IMG/VR virus record: IMGVR_UViG_3300037477_000009
Span: 11,514 to 75,513 of that record
Length of the DNA stretch: 64,000 nucleotides
Direction: 5' to 3' (one strand)
Source: a virus
Taxonomy: Duplodnaviria > Caudoviricetes
The first letter of the stretch is position 1; every line of letters begins with the position of its first letter. Made by a program: the position numbers and the translations under genes. Under the pieces are notes generated by a model. It saw nothing but the letters and a program-made list of their open reading frames with translations. It was not told the DNA's origin and ran no database searches. Shown one piece after another: positions 30,162 to 39,466 of the stretch.

Positions 30162-30490
30162 GAAAGAGATCATTCACACCCACCCTGCTTATATACACAG
30201 GGTTATTCTTCCTGGCTGTTGGTGTTATTGAAATAATCATGGGTATCAAAAATACCAACAGCACTGTACTCGGTACGATCTACATTACGACAGCCATTAT
30301 CGTTTCAGCAATTGAAGCATATTCGCTGCCGCTCCAAATCACCAACAACATCAAACCGGAAGTTATTGACCTGCTTGAATGGTCGAACAACAATATTCCC
30401 AACAGTGATCACCCTGATTTGTGTGCTGAGTTCGTAAAAGAGTTCAGAAAGCGATATAACACTGCTATACAAACAGATAACCAAAAATGA
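30158..30490 (+). CDS. Hypothetical membrane protein (2 TM)
   Basis: Two hydrophobic N-terminal segments; ATGA overlap with upstream stop. Confidence 0.6.
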   Translation: MRKRSFTPTLLIYTGLFFLAVGVIEIIMGIKNTNSTVLGTIYITTAIIVSAIEAYSLPLQITNNIKPEVIDLLEWSNNNIPNSDHPDLCAEFVKEFRKRYNTAIQTDNQK

Positions 30491-30674
30491 TACAGTATGC
30501 ATAGACTATACATAGTCTTTATATAGTATATGGATGGTCTATGGATATAGTAATACTAATACTAAGAGTAAGACTAATACTAAAAGAATATATATACATC
30601 AGGCACAAATAAAAATTCAAAACCCTGTGCTTGTTTCTACAGAATTCTATAACTTGGATGTAAACTATACATGA

Positions 30675-31169
30675 ATGCCCGACTTCATAATTCCAAAAGA
30701 ACTGGCACATCTCAAGATCGATGAACGTGGTTATCCAGTTCCCTTCTTTGTTCCGTATGTCAACGGCAAGCCAAACTTCAGATTCACTGATCACGAAAAA
30801 ATATGGGAAAGCGTAGAAAGCAATCGCTGTGGTGTATGCGGTAAGAAACTTTACAAAGACTATTCCTACATCATCACTGGTGTGATCGGCATGGGTAATC
30901 GTGTATCCAGTGATGCAGCCATGCACAGGGTGTGCGCTGAGTTCGCACTGGTATCATGTCCACATATGTTTTACGAGAAGGCAACACGCAAAGAAGATGC
31001 ACCAAGTGAACAGCAGTCATACCTGCTTACGCACAAGGTCGATGAAGTAATGCTGGTAAGGTGCAAGACAAAGTTCAAATGGATAGAAAGAAATCGCTGT
31101 ATTTTTGGATACACTTATGTCTCGCATGAAGTGTATCATTACATCAATGGTAAACTTGAAAAAAAATGA
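30675..31169 (+). CDS. Cys/His (Zn-binding) phage protein
   Basis: DERGYPVPFFV...RCGVCG...AMHRVCAEFALVSCPH. Confidence 0.7.
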   Translation: MPDFIIPKELAHLKIDERGYPVPFFVPYVNGKPNFRFTDHEKIWESVESNRCGVCGKKLYKDYSYIITGVIGMGNRVSSDAAMHRVCAEFALVSCPHMFYEKATRKEDAPSEQQSYLLTHKVDEVMLVRCKTKFKWIERNRCIFGYTYVSHEVYHYINGKLEKK

Positions 31170-31576
31170 GAGCCTTGTTGATCGATGAAATTACAAGAAA
31201 GAAGATTGCTGATGTGATCCGGTATGCAGAAGAAAATGTATACTCGATGGATGATCTGCTGGATATGATCAATGGACAACTACGGCCACCAGGTGATGAT
31301 GTATTTCGTGTGATCGTTATCCCTATTGGTTATCGCACTGTGTACTCACTGGAAGATCAAGCATCTGGAATGTGTAGGCATATCTCTATCTCTGTACCGA
31401 ATTCAGGTAAGCTGCCATCAATACCTGCTGTGCAGATGATCATAAAAGAATTTGGTTTCAAAAACGACCTGGTGATCCCAAGTGATATCAACGTACCGAT
31501 CAAGATCGATGTGGAAGAACTTGGCGATAATCACCAGGCTATTTCAATCATTGAAAAAATTAATGATCATGGATGA
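31166..31576 (+). CDS. Hypothetical protein
   Basis: 136 aa; overlapping start/stop. Confidence 0.65.
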   Translation: MRALLIDEITRKKIADVIRYAEENVYSMDDLLDMINGQLRPPGDDVFRVIVIPIGYRTVYSLEDQASGMCRHISISVPNSGKLPSIPAVQMIIKEFGFKNDLVIPSDINVPIKIDVEELGDNHQAISIIEKINDHG

Positions 31577-31892
31577 GGAATTTGTAAAGAAAGTTTTAGG
31601 CCAGGCAATGCAAGGTGGTGAACCTGCGCCTGACAATGCAAATGCACTATGGGAATGCTATAAGCGATTTCTAAAAGAACATCAACCTGATGTATACTCA
31701 CTCGTTGAACAGAACGAGATCGTAATGAAGAAACATTTTTTCTTTGGAATAGATATATTCACTTCTGTTGGGAAGTACCTGTACAATACAGGTACTCCAA
31801 GAGCAATTGCCGCAGGTGCGATGTATAGGCTTGAACAGGATGTGAAGATTGAGATACAGCGAATGGTTGATGAAGAAAAAAAGAAAATATGA
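31569..31892 (+). CDS. Hypothetical protein
   Basis: Start reassigned to MDEEFV. Confidence 0.6.
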   Translation: MDEEFVKKVLGQAMQGGEPAPDNANALWECYKRFLKEHQPDVYSLVEQNEIVMKKHFFFGIDIFTSVGKYLYNTGTPRAIAAGAMYRLEQDVKIEIQRMVDEEKKKI

Positions 31893-32179
31893 AACCACAA
31901 CAAGGCTTGTTACCAGGTAATGCAAAGTGTCCACGCTGTGGTGGTGGCGCAGATGGTTATACTAAGACACAGATGTCAACACCACCACGCACTGGCGATA
32001 TCACACTCTGCGCCTACTGCGCACACATTGGTGTGTATGAAGTGAAGGATGGCATCTACAGCGTAAGAAGTCCAACGAAGCAAGAGATAGAAATATTCTA
32101 TAAGGAGATACCCGATCTGCATATCAAGGTGCAAAAAATAAAACAATTCGTTCTTAATGAGCAAATGAAAAAGAACTGA
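31889..32179 (+). CDS. Zinc-ribbon protein
   Basis: CPRCG...CAYCAH. Confidence 0.65.
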   Translation: MKPQQGLLPGNAKCPRCGGGADGYTKTQMSTPPRTGDITLCAYCAHIGVYEVKDGIYSVRSPTKQEIEIFYKEIPDLHIKVQKIKQFVLNEQMKKN

Positions 32180-32523
32180 TGGCAAGAAGAAGTTCATACT
32201 ATAAACTGGTTGATAAAAAGCCTGTGCCATGCACACTACGGGAATATGCAGCGCAGTATAGTGGAGATAGGGATGAAGAACGCATTGTTAAAAAAACTGA
32301 ACTACCTGATGGCAGCGAAGTATCAACAGTATTCTTAGGACTTGATCACAACTGGACAGGCAGTTATCCTGTTCTCTTTGAGACGATGGTATTTGGTGGT
32401 GAGTATCATCACTACACCGAAAGATATCGCACATATGTAGGAGCGGAAGCAGGACATGAACGTACAGTGAAGATGGTGCTTAAAGGAGTAAAAACTAAAA
32501 CCGATAACAATGATGAACATTAA
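32179..32523 (+). CDS. Conserved phage hypothetical protein
   Basis: VSTVFLGLDHNW...VLFETMVFGG...RYRTY..AEAGH, a common phage motif. Confidence 0.7.
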   Translation: MARRSSYYKLVDKKPVPCTLREYAAQYSGDRDEERIVKKTELPDGSEVSTVFLGLDHNWTGSYPVLFETMVFGGEYHHYTERYRTYVGAEAGHERTVKMVLKGVKTKTDNNDEH

Positions 32524-32776
32524 TGTAAATGATTTTGTAGGAATAGATCATGGCAATGCCAAGATGGATTTATCAAGTCTATCAGAAAAGAAAGTGGTTG
32601 CTGAGATGAGGCCAGTGCAACTGCATCACAAGCGTGATGGCGCACTCGGTGATAAGCCATCCTTCGCTATCGTGTTCGTGTATCCTGCAATGGACATGGT
32701 TGTGTATGGCCAGGTATCACTGGCGATGATGACCAAAGCACTGGATGAGTGTGGTTATAAGCTAACTAAAAAATGA
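32510..32776 (+). CDS. Hypothetical protein
   Basis: 88 aa in tightly packed operon. Confidence 0.6.
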   Translation: MMNINVNDFVGIDHGNAKMDLSSLSEKKVVAEMRPVQLHHKRDGALGDKPSFAIVFVYPAMDMVVYGQVSLAMMTKALDECGYKLTKK

Positions 32777-33018
32777 TTGAGATGAAACACATAAACGAGC
32801 ATAAGCTGTCAAAGAATGTAAGCACTCACATTCGTGAAGGCTTTGATGGATGGCAAGCTGGCTTCACTGTGCAGCAACAGACATTCTACCTGCAACCAGT
32901 GTCAGCAGAGAAAGGTGATGAAGAAGATACAAGAGCAAAGGCGAAGTGGTATCAGAAGAATCTTGATCTTGCGCTGAATAAAATTTTGAATAACAAGTAC
33001 GAAAAATTATTACCATAA
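32773..33018 (+). CDS. Hypothetical protein
   Basis: 81 aa; overlapping start/stop. Confidence 0.6.
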   Translation: MIEMKHINEHKLSKNVSTHIREGFDGWQAGFTVQQQTFYLQPVSAEKGDEEDTRAKAKWYQKNLDLALNKILNNKYEKLLP

Positions 33019-33359
33019 TGGAAAAGAAGAAACGATTCGCAGCATACGTTAATAAGTTAGTTGGAATGAATGATGCTGAGATCATAAAGGAGCAAGCCAA
33101 AGTGAAAGCCAGGCTCGATAAACATCGCATCAATCATCTTGGTCAACTGCTTACACAAATAGAATTTTGGTCACAGCGATATGAATTCTCTTTTCAGTTT
33201 TGGGGAGACATTAACAATGTTTACATCAACAAGGATGATGTTGAGATCATGTCAACAGGTGGTCACGTTAGCATCATGGAGTTGCTTATAGAGGTAATTG
33301 TGTGGTGTGAGAAAGCAAATCCGAGAATTAAATTTCCAAGTGATGAATCCAAACATTAA
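33018..33359 (+). CDS. Hypothetical protein
   Basis: 113 aa; TAATG overlap. Confidence 0.6.
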   Translation: MEKKKRFAAYVNKLVGMNDAEIIKEQAKVKARLDKHRINHLGQLLTQIEFWSQRYEFSFQFWGDINNVYINKDDVEIMSTGGHVSIMELLIEVIVWCEKANPRIKFPSDESKH

Positions 33360-33756
33360 ATGCACTTGTCCATTTGGTAAGCCTGAAGTTGCTATTGCAG
33401 AAGATTGTCCTATACATGGATCGGCAGCTATAATAAAAAAGCGGTTTGAGGACTTGAATCATAAAATCGATTACAGCAACTACGAGCAGCTTGCAAAAGA
33501 TGTATGGTTGTTCCTGACCGATGATTCTATGCCTGACAAAGCGAAGATTAAAAAAGCGGCAGCGATCCATGAGATAAAAGTAATGATCGAATCAGCAGTA
33601 TTGTTTCAGCAGGGTGCAGCAGATATAGAAATAAAAAGATTGACAGGATTATTAAGAAAGGTTGTTACAAGGGAGCAATCGGAAGTGCATCCACGATACC
33701 AAACCGAAGCATGGGAAAAGTTTAAAAAAGAATACAACATACATGAATATACCTAA
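33343..33756 (+). CDS. Hypothetical protein (CTC...CPIH motif)
   Basis: Start reassigned to MNPNIKCTC. Confidence 0.6.
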   Translation: MNPNIKCTCPFGKPEVAIAEDCPIHGSAAIIKKRFEDLNHKIDYSNYEQLAKDVWLFLTDDSMPDKAKIKKAAAIHEIKVMIESAVLFQQGAADIEIKRLTGLLRKVVTREQSEVHPRYQTEAWEKFKKEYNIHEYT

Positions 33757-34081
33757 AGATGTGCAGGATGCACTTAAAAACGATTACAAGCTGATCCCGA
33801 TGGCTGATATCACTGAAGAAGCAAGAGTGATTGCTGTCAGGTGGATGGAGTGTGGTGATCGTGACTTCATCAGGGAGAAGCATAAACTTGCATCTGACAT
33901 TATGAACTATGCGAGAAGGCACAATGTGAAGCTGCTGCTTGAGCATTTACAGGTGTTGGGTACACTGAATACAAAGTTTTTAGAGGTCACCCAGAAGTAT
34001 ACTGATGAAGTGATGATGCTTCGTGCAAAGAACATTGCACTCACACAGGAGAATGAACTATTAAAAAACAAGCCAGCATGA
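33743..34081 (+). CDS. Hypothetical coiled-coil protein
   Basis: Start reassigned to MNIPKD. Confidence 0.6.
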   Translation: MNIPKDVQDALKNDYKLIPMADITEEARVIAVRWMECGDRDFIREKHKLASDIMNYARRHNVKLLLEHLQVLGTLNTKFLEVTQKYTDEVMMLRAKNIALTQENELLKNKPA

Positions 34082-34365
34082 GTGAGATACTGATTGAATC
34101 AATGACACGCTTTACATTCAGGCTATCACCTGGTAAGTTTTATAACATCCGAATGTGGCGGCAGGAAAAAGCGTATAGTGACAGCAGTTCAGTTGAAGTA
34201 TATGATATAGCAAGGAAGCTGTTAGAGAATCAAAAGCATTGGTTTAAAGACAAGACAAGTAAGTCCGAAGTTGCACAGGCCTTGCTTCAGGTGGATCGCA
34301 TGAATGCAGTGGAAGTGTTGGATGAGATGGGTGATGGTGTGGTGATGTACAAGGATTGGCCTTAG
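34078..34365 (+). CDS. Hypothetical protein
   Basis: 95 aa; stop overlaps a GATATA-N3-TATATC site. Confidence 0.6.
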   Translation: MSEILIESMTRFTFRLSPGKFYNIRMWRQEKAYSDSSSVEVYDIARKLLENQKHWFKDKTSKSEVAQALLQVDRMNAVEVLDEMGDGVVMYKDWP

Positions 34366-34398
34366 ATATAAACTATATCCAAATATAAAACCAAAACA

Positions 34399-34635
34399 AT
34401 GACTACTTTAAATTTTTTGAAAGTTCAGTTCGGCAAGGATCAGGAAGTGGGTGCTGACAACCTGCTTGAAGAAATGTCAGGTGAAGGAAAGGTACTTAAG
34501 ATCAAAAAGACACCGATCAAGGAAGGTGATAAAATTCTGTATGAGATATCATTCGGTAAGGCATATGATTGCTATGAATTCGGACACCGTTCAGCAGACC
34601 TGTGGAAGTATGCGATGAAAGATAGATATAAATAA
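34399..34635 (+). CDS. Hypothetical protein
   Basis: 78 aa; flanked on both sides by GATATA-N3-TATATC sites. Confidence 0.6.
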   Translation: MTTLNFLKVQFGKDQEVGADNLLEEMSGEGKVLKIKKTPIKEGDKILYEISFGKAYDCYEFGHRSADLWKYAMKDRYK

Positions 34636-34640
34636 TATCC

Positions 34641-34844
34641 ATGACACCTGATGAACGATTGAAAATACTAAAGGAGTTGCGCCTTGAGAATCTCAGGTGG
34701 TCGAAGTTCTATCAGAAACTTTCAGTGAGTGAGGAACATTGGCATACACCAAGACGGGAAGCGTATCAGGATAGTGCTATATCGTGCAGGAAAAGAGCAA
34801 CAGCGTTGTGGTGGGCAATACAATTTTTAAAACAACAACCATGA
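34641..34844 (+). CDS. Hypothetical protein
   Basis: 67 aa in operon. Confidence 0.55.
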   Translation: MTPDERLKILKELRLENLRWSKFYQKLSVSEEHWHTPRREAYQDSAISCRKRATALWWAIQFLKQQP

Positions 34845-35080
34845 GTGATTTTAAGATTCAAACAGTAACAGCATTCGTAGCAATCGATGAGAAGGATGGT
34901 GATGAAGGTGTGATCGCATTCTTTGATGGCGCAGGATGGATGCCACTCATCTGTGCAGATGAAGCAAGGATACAATCGATGCTACCACTCGCAAAGGATG
35001 TGTGCCGTAGGAGCAGGAAGAAGTTTAGGATCATTCAGTTCACAACAAGAGAAGATGTCACTGAAAAATACATACCATGA
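34841..35080 (+). CDS. Hypothetical protein
   Basis: Start reassigned to MSDFKIQ; AFVAIDEKDGDEGVIAF...MPLICAD. Confidence 0.6.
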   Translation: MSDFKIQTVTAFVAIDEKDGDEGVIAFFDGAGWMPLICADEARIQSMLPLAKDVCRRSRKKFRIIQFTTREDVTEKYIP

Positions 35081-35445
35081 ACTTCACCAGGCACATCACA
35101 CCAGTTGACTTCAGGGAGCATGATCAGTATCGGGAAGAGAAAGCACTGGCTGCACTCGTATCTTGTGCAAGAGAGATACAATCAGATTATACTATAAGCG
35201 GAAGGTTTAAACTCTATCGGCAGAATATGGAATCAGTTACTGTGATCATCGGCCACAAGCATTTTACCACAAGAGGAAAGGATTCACTGTACGAATCATG
35301 CACTCACGCAATCTATCATGTGCTTGACAGTTATGTGCAGTTCAGTGATTTGAAAAAAGAAAAAGACCGGATGCTTGCAGAGAGGAATAAGTTGTGTAAA
35401 ACAAAAAAGGTGAGTATGCTGATACCTGTGAAGGGATATAATTGA
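35077..35445 (+). CDS. Hypothetical protein
   Basis: 122 aa. Confidence 0.55.
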   Translation: MNFTRHITPVDFREHDQYREEKALAALVSCAREIQSDYTISGRFKLYRQNMESVTVIIGHKHFTTRGKDSLYESCTHAIYHVLDSYVQFSDLKKEKDRMLAERNKLCKTKKVSMLIPVKGYN

Positions 35446-35504
35446 TATCCAATAAAATTATTAACTTGCGTGTACACAAGTTAATAATCCAAAATCTTAC
35501 AACT

Positions 35505-35669
35505 ATGCCTCTTAAAAAAGGATCATCTCAGAAAACGATCAGTGAGAACATTCGCAGAGAAGTTCACGCTGGTGTACCGCAGAAGCAAGCCATTGCAATT
35601 GCAATGAGTAAAGCAGGTAAATCAAACCAGTCGCATTCAGGCAGCAGAGGTGGTGGGAGGAAGAAGTGA
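35505..35669 (+). CDS. Small basic phage protein ([13 protein letters not shown] family)
   Basis: [19 protein letters not shown]...[14 protein letters not shown] is a recurrent phage small-protein motif; own promoter-like TAACTTG upstream. Confidence 0.7.
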   Translation: MPLKKGSSQKTISENIRREVHAGVPQKQAIAIAMSKAGKSNQSHSGSRGGGRKK

Positions 35670-35894
35670 TATCTTCACTTCCCTGTCAGCGATTAAATCC
35701 TTGAAGCACTTCATATCCTCATCGTACATGATCGGCATCATGCCCATGTAGATGCCACCCTGAACACCGCCTAACGCACCATCGAATGCGACCATGAGTG
35801 ATACACCATTGGGTGATGCGATCATAACAGTTGCATTGATGCTCTTACCCTGCATCTCAATTTTAACGTGCTGACCTTTTTTATATACTTCCAT
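35637..35894 (-). CDS. Hypothetical protein (SH3-like)
   Basis: 85 aa; [10 protein letters not shown]...ATVMIAS. Confidence 0.6.
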   Translation of the reverse strand: MEVYKKGQHVKIEMQGKSINATVMIASPNGVSLMVAFDGALGGVQGGIYMGMMPIMYDEDMKCFKDLIADREVKISLLPPTTSAA

Positions 35895-36193
35895 TATTGC
35901 AATCCGTTTTTATATTCGATCTCAAGCATCTTATCAGCAAGTTCCTGCGCTTCATTCATCGTCTTTACGATCATCTGTTCAAGTTCCTTGATCGCACTTT
36001 GTCTTGCAGCGATCTCAACACAGTTACGGGTGATATCCAATTTAAGGAAGTTGATGTAGCGATGCTTATCATCTCTTGCTTGCCTTAGACGCTTTATATT
36101 GTTTATCCATAGATATAATTTATATCCAAGTACCAAGTATGCATGGATCATCATCTTTTGATCGTTGCAACCAATACAAGTTCGGGTTTGCAT
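35894..36193 (-). CDS. Hypothetical coiled-coil protein (start uncertain)
   Basis: Stop abuts next gene; 5' part overlaps the neighbouring ORF. Confidence 0.4.
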   Translation of the reverse strand: MQTRTCIGCNDQKMMIHAYLVLGYKLYLWINNIKRLRQARDDKHRYINFLKLDITRNCVEIAARQSAIKELEQMIVKTMNEAQELADKMLEIEYKNGLQ

Positions 36194-36398
36194 CCATCAG
36201 TTTTTGAATTGAATCAACATTATCTTCGATCATCACAGGCTTGTCTACAGGCACAGGATTTGGATTACCATGCACAATGTGCCATTCACGCAGCACGAAC
36301 TTACCAGGATAGTCTGATGGATTCTTGTACAACACATATTGTTTCATTACTTCACGACTCATCTTCTGCTGGTTTATAGTTTGGATCATAGCGTTCAT
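36120..36398 (-). CDS. Hypothetical protein
   Basis: VLYKNPSDYPGKFVLREW...LQRSKDDDPCILGTWI. Confidence 0.65.
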   Translation of the reverse strand: MNAMIQTINQQKMSREVMKQYVLYKNPSDYPGKFVLREWHIVHGNPNPVPVDKPVMIEDNVDSIQKLMDANPNLYWLQRSKDDDPCILGTWI

Positions 36399-36939
36399 TA
36401 TTTGCCCACTTTTCGCAGTAGATGCAAATTTTCATCATCATATCAGGTGCATCGTTCCAAATATGGACACACTCTTTCGCATATGGCCTGAATGCACCAA
36501 AGCCACCAGTCACTGCACCACAGATCATGCAGGTTTCACCTTCAGAATTACCAGTACGATGAGAATGTGTGCAACCTTTGCGCCTGTTGGTCATCTTTAT
36601 CAAATCTTCTTCAGTGAGCCAGGTCACAACTTCTTTCACCTGGTCAAGTGTAAGTGTAGCACTCACTTCTTTTGGCATATCACTCTTCATCAGGATCGCT
36701 GTTCCTCTGATCGCACTGTGTGATCCAGTGATAAAGAAGAATGGCTTCTCTTTTCTGTACAATCCTTCCTCATCAATGTATAAAAAGTGATTTGTACCGA
36801 GTAGGAATGGTGAGAAGTTGAACATCTCGATGTGTTGGCAGCCGATGATCCAGTAGAACTCGGAGAGTTTAGGAATGATCATCGCTTCAGTGATCGTTCT
36901 CTCCTGTGGATTGATAATTATCGCTCTTATCTTTTCCAT
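36352..36939 (-). CDS. DUF3846-like domain protein with Cys-rich C-terminus
   Basis: RAIIINP...LSEFYWIIGCQHIE...LYIDEEGL. Confidence 0.55.
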   Translation of the reverse strand: MEKIRAIIINPQERTITEAMIIPKLSEFYWIIGCQHIEMFNFSPFLLGTNHFLYIDEEGLYRKEKPFFFITGSHSAIRGTAILMKSDMPKEVSATLTLDQVKEVVTWLTEEDLIKMTNRRKGCTHSHRTGNSEGETCMICGAVTGGFGAFRPYAKECVHIWNDAPDMMMKICIYCEKWANNERYDPNYKPAEDES

Positions 36940-37258
36940 TGGTTTTTGTTTTCTTATTCCGCAATTTGGTTAAAAGTTCGACTTCCTGCTTTCCTTTGAT
37001 CTTCGCCAGGTCGATCAGATAATTTACCTGGAATGCGATCCATACCAGCGCATCGATACCAAGTGCCTTCTCCAGCTTGAGTGCAACTGGTGCAGTGATG
37101 AACTGGTGGTCATTCAAAACAAGTTTGACGAAGGTTTCATCAGAACCCATCTTTTTTGCCAGGCTCTTCTTGCTCATCTTCCTGGCCTTGAGTTCATCTT
37201 TTAAAATTTCACCTGGTGAAGTAGCAAAGGCAGGGGTTAGTTCATTGATATTTGTCAT
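36887..37258 (-). CDS. higA: HigA-like antitoxin / XRE HTH protein
   Basis: ATSPGEILKDEL...MSKKSLAKKMG...ITAPVALKLEKALG...W..FQVNY. Confidence 0.8.
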   Translation of the reverse strand: MTNINELTPAFATSPGEILKDELKARKMSKKSLAKKMGSDETFVKLVLNDHQFITAPVALKLEKALGIDALVWIAFQVNYLIDLAKIKGKQEVELLTKLRNKKTKTNGKDKSDNYQSTGENDH

Positions 37259-37269
37259 ATGGATATAAT

Positions 37270-37512
37270 TTATATCTTTTTGTATTTATACTCGTCAGGC
37301 ACTTGGAGTACCGCATCAACACCTGCGAGATACTTTGTTGATAAGGTATCCTTTCTTTGGGCAATTGCGAAATGCACCCTCATTAACAATGGCAATAAAT
37401 GAAAGTCCTCATTACAGCACATGAATAATGCATTTAGATTCGCATGAAAATTGATAAGTTCTACGGAAGTATATTCCGCTAAACAACTTTCAAGACTTTG
37501 CTTCCTTGCCAT
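37270..37512 (-). CDS. Hypothetical protein
   Basis: 80 aa in minus-strand operon. Confidence 0.55.
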   Translation of the reverse strand: MARKQSLESCLAEYTSVELINFHANLNALFMCCNEDFHLLPLLMRVHFAIAQRKDTLSTKYLAGVDAVLQVPDEYKYKKI

Positions 37513-37907
37513 TACTGTATTGGTTTTTTAAGTACATCAGATGCGATCTCGCAGAGTGCCATACCTGCAAGCTGATTATCAGGTGGATTCCAATTGGCAT
37601 CATCCATCCACTCTGCCCATGTAGCCATCGCCAGCAATCGCCAGGAATACTTTTGCACGACATAGTAATCATATACTTTCTCTGCTCTGCGCACAGTCAT
37701 CTTGTTACGGATGTTGGTCTTGAACTTTGCAAAAGTTTCCTGTGCTTGTTTGGCCAGTTCTATAAACTTCTCAGGTGTATCAATGGGGATCGTGCCTTCC
37801 GGTTTTGGATTCCTGGCAGATTCAAGCAATGCTTTGTCAGTTGGGGATAACCTTCGGTTATTGTAATCTTCGTTTGATGCAATGATCGTTTTATCGTCAG
37901 CCATCAT
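37512..37907 (-). CDS. Hypothetical protein
   Basis: 131 aa; AAACTATACA leader. Confidence 0.6.
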   Translation of the reverse strand: MMADDKTIIASNEDYNNRRLSPTDKALLESARNPKPEGTIPIDTPEKFIELAKQAQETFAKFKTNIRNKMTVRRAEKVYDYYVVQKYSWRLLAMATWAEWMDDANWNPPDNQLAGMALCEIASDVLKKPIQ

Positions 37908-37916
37908 GTATAGTTT

Positions 37917-38090
37917 TTATTCGTCAGATAAAGACCAGGCTATTGCAGCCAGGCCACATACAATGAAATACCCAAGCGATGCAATATATTCCTTTGCACC
38001 AAACAGCACCATCATCGCACCGAGCGCACCCATGCACACAAATAATCTAAAGATGAATTCTAAAATGAACGTGAGGATTGATCTTGCCAC
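37917..38090 (-). CDS. Small 2-TM membrane protein (GTG start)
   Basis: VARSILTFILEFIFRLFVCMGALGAMMVLFG...; AAACTATACA leader; not in ORF track. Confidence 0.55.
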   Translation of the reverse strand: MARSILTFILEFIFRLFVCMGALGAMMVLFGAKEYIASLGYFIVCGLAAIAWSLSDE

Positions 38091-38160
38091 TTTGTATAGT
38101 TTTTATTTTTGAGGGATATAATTTATATCCTTATCCACATTTGATTCACAGGTTATTCAC

Positions 38161-38680
38161 AAAAAGGGGTGCATAGTGTAGAAACAGTACGCACCCACCA
38201 TTAACCATTAAACCTTATCAATAAAAAGAGTTGATTTAAAACTCTTTACCTGGCTCAAAGGTAAAAGAGAATCACATAGAATTCCAAAAAAAAATCAGAG
38301 GCGATGTGGAAACACTGCCTCTGAAACCATTAAACAAAAATTGAAAAATCATCAATTTTCATTCATCTTAAAAGTGTATTCTAGGCTGACAAATGTGGAG
38401 ACATTTCCCTGATCCTAAAACCTTATCTTATGAGGCTGTGAAGGTAAGGTGGATTTCTATGGAATTCCAAAAAAAACCTGATGTGGAAACACCAGGTTTA
38501 AAACATATATAAAATGTAAACAAGATTGGTGGTGAAGGTACGACCAGGTTACATGGAATTCCAAATAAAAAAGACCAGGTGTAGAAACACCCGATCTTTC
38601 AGCTTTTGAGGCCTGATTAGTAGCGGTGCAAAAGTAGGTGGCCAGGCTATACGGCAATTATATAGAATTCCACAAAAAAG
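38161..38680 (-). ncRNA. Array of four putative small-RNA transcription units (promoter then hairpin/U-tract terminator) sharing a TGTTTCYACA hairpin apex
   Basis: Three TTTG-N21-TACCTT(TG/CA) promoters plus a TACTTTTG element; five hairpins with TGTRGARACA (plus-strand reading); no ORF. Confidence 0.6.
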
Positions 38681-38738
38681 TAACATCCAAGTAACAGGTA
38701 AGTAGCACTTTTCGTAACTTCAGGACAAACTATACAAT

Positions 38739-39005
38739 ATGCGAGCAAATATGCGATCAGCAGTCCTGCTGCTGACAAAAGACACCAAGACAGGTAAGCG
38801 TAAAGGATATGTTTACTACACCGGAGAGAAAGGCGCAGTACAGTGCGATGTGATCTTGGGATCAGATCAGAAGATAATCATCGCCACTGGTGTAAAAGCA
38901 ATCGGTAAGGTCTTAAACTACTATCTCAAGGAAGGATACGAGATCACCTCCAGTGAGCCACACAAGGATGCGCTGCCTCAAAACAAAGAGGCCAGTGTTA
39001 CCTGA
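38739..39005 (+). CDS. Hypothetical protein
   Basis: 88 aa; AAACTATACA leader. Confidence 0.6.
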   Translation: MRANMRSAVLLLTKDTKTGKRKGYVYYTGEKGAVQCDVILGSDQKIIIATGVKAIGKVLNYYLKEGYEITSSEPHKDALPQNKEASVT

Positions 39006-39466
39006 CCTCAACGGAAAGAATCCATAGCCAAGAGCCTGGTTATACCAAGAAGGACTGCGATTGTCGGAATGCCCGTTGCGCTTGGCCAGCACAGTTGGTT
39101 AGAAATGCAGGAAAATCACCAACACTTCCGATGCGCACGATCTGCATTGACTGTCCTCCTGGTAAAAGATGAGGCCAGTGGAGAACCACCAGCCTGTAAT
39201 ACCCGTTTGCTTGTTAATTGCTACCTGAAGTTACGAAGGATACAAATTATATCCTCAAGAACAAGTTATCCACATCGCTCACTTTATCAATCTTGCTCAA
39301 ATCCGCACAATCTATAAGAAAAGCACTAACATCGGCATAACAAATAGTAACAAAAAGTAGCAAATCGCACAACTTAGAACAACCTGGTAATCAGTTTAGA
39401 ATGTGGATATAATTTATGTCTATCGCTCACTCCGGTCAGTAACTTGCTGACTTAACCTGGAGTGCT

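Noticed and set aside
30519-30926. 135-aa minus-strand ORF
   Set aside because: Overlaps the well-supported plus-strand gene 30675-31169 and runs into a low-complexity tract.
38161-38680. Mini-CRISPR array or direct copy of a known CRISPR repeat
   Set aside because: Only a 10-nt apex is shared, spacing is irregular, no cas genes are present, and I cannot match it to a specific repeat family from memory.
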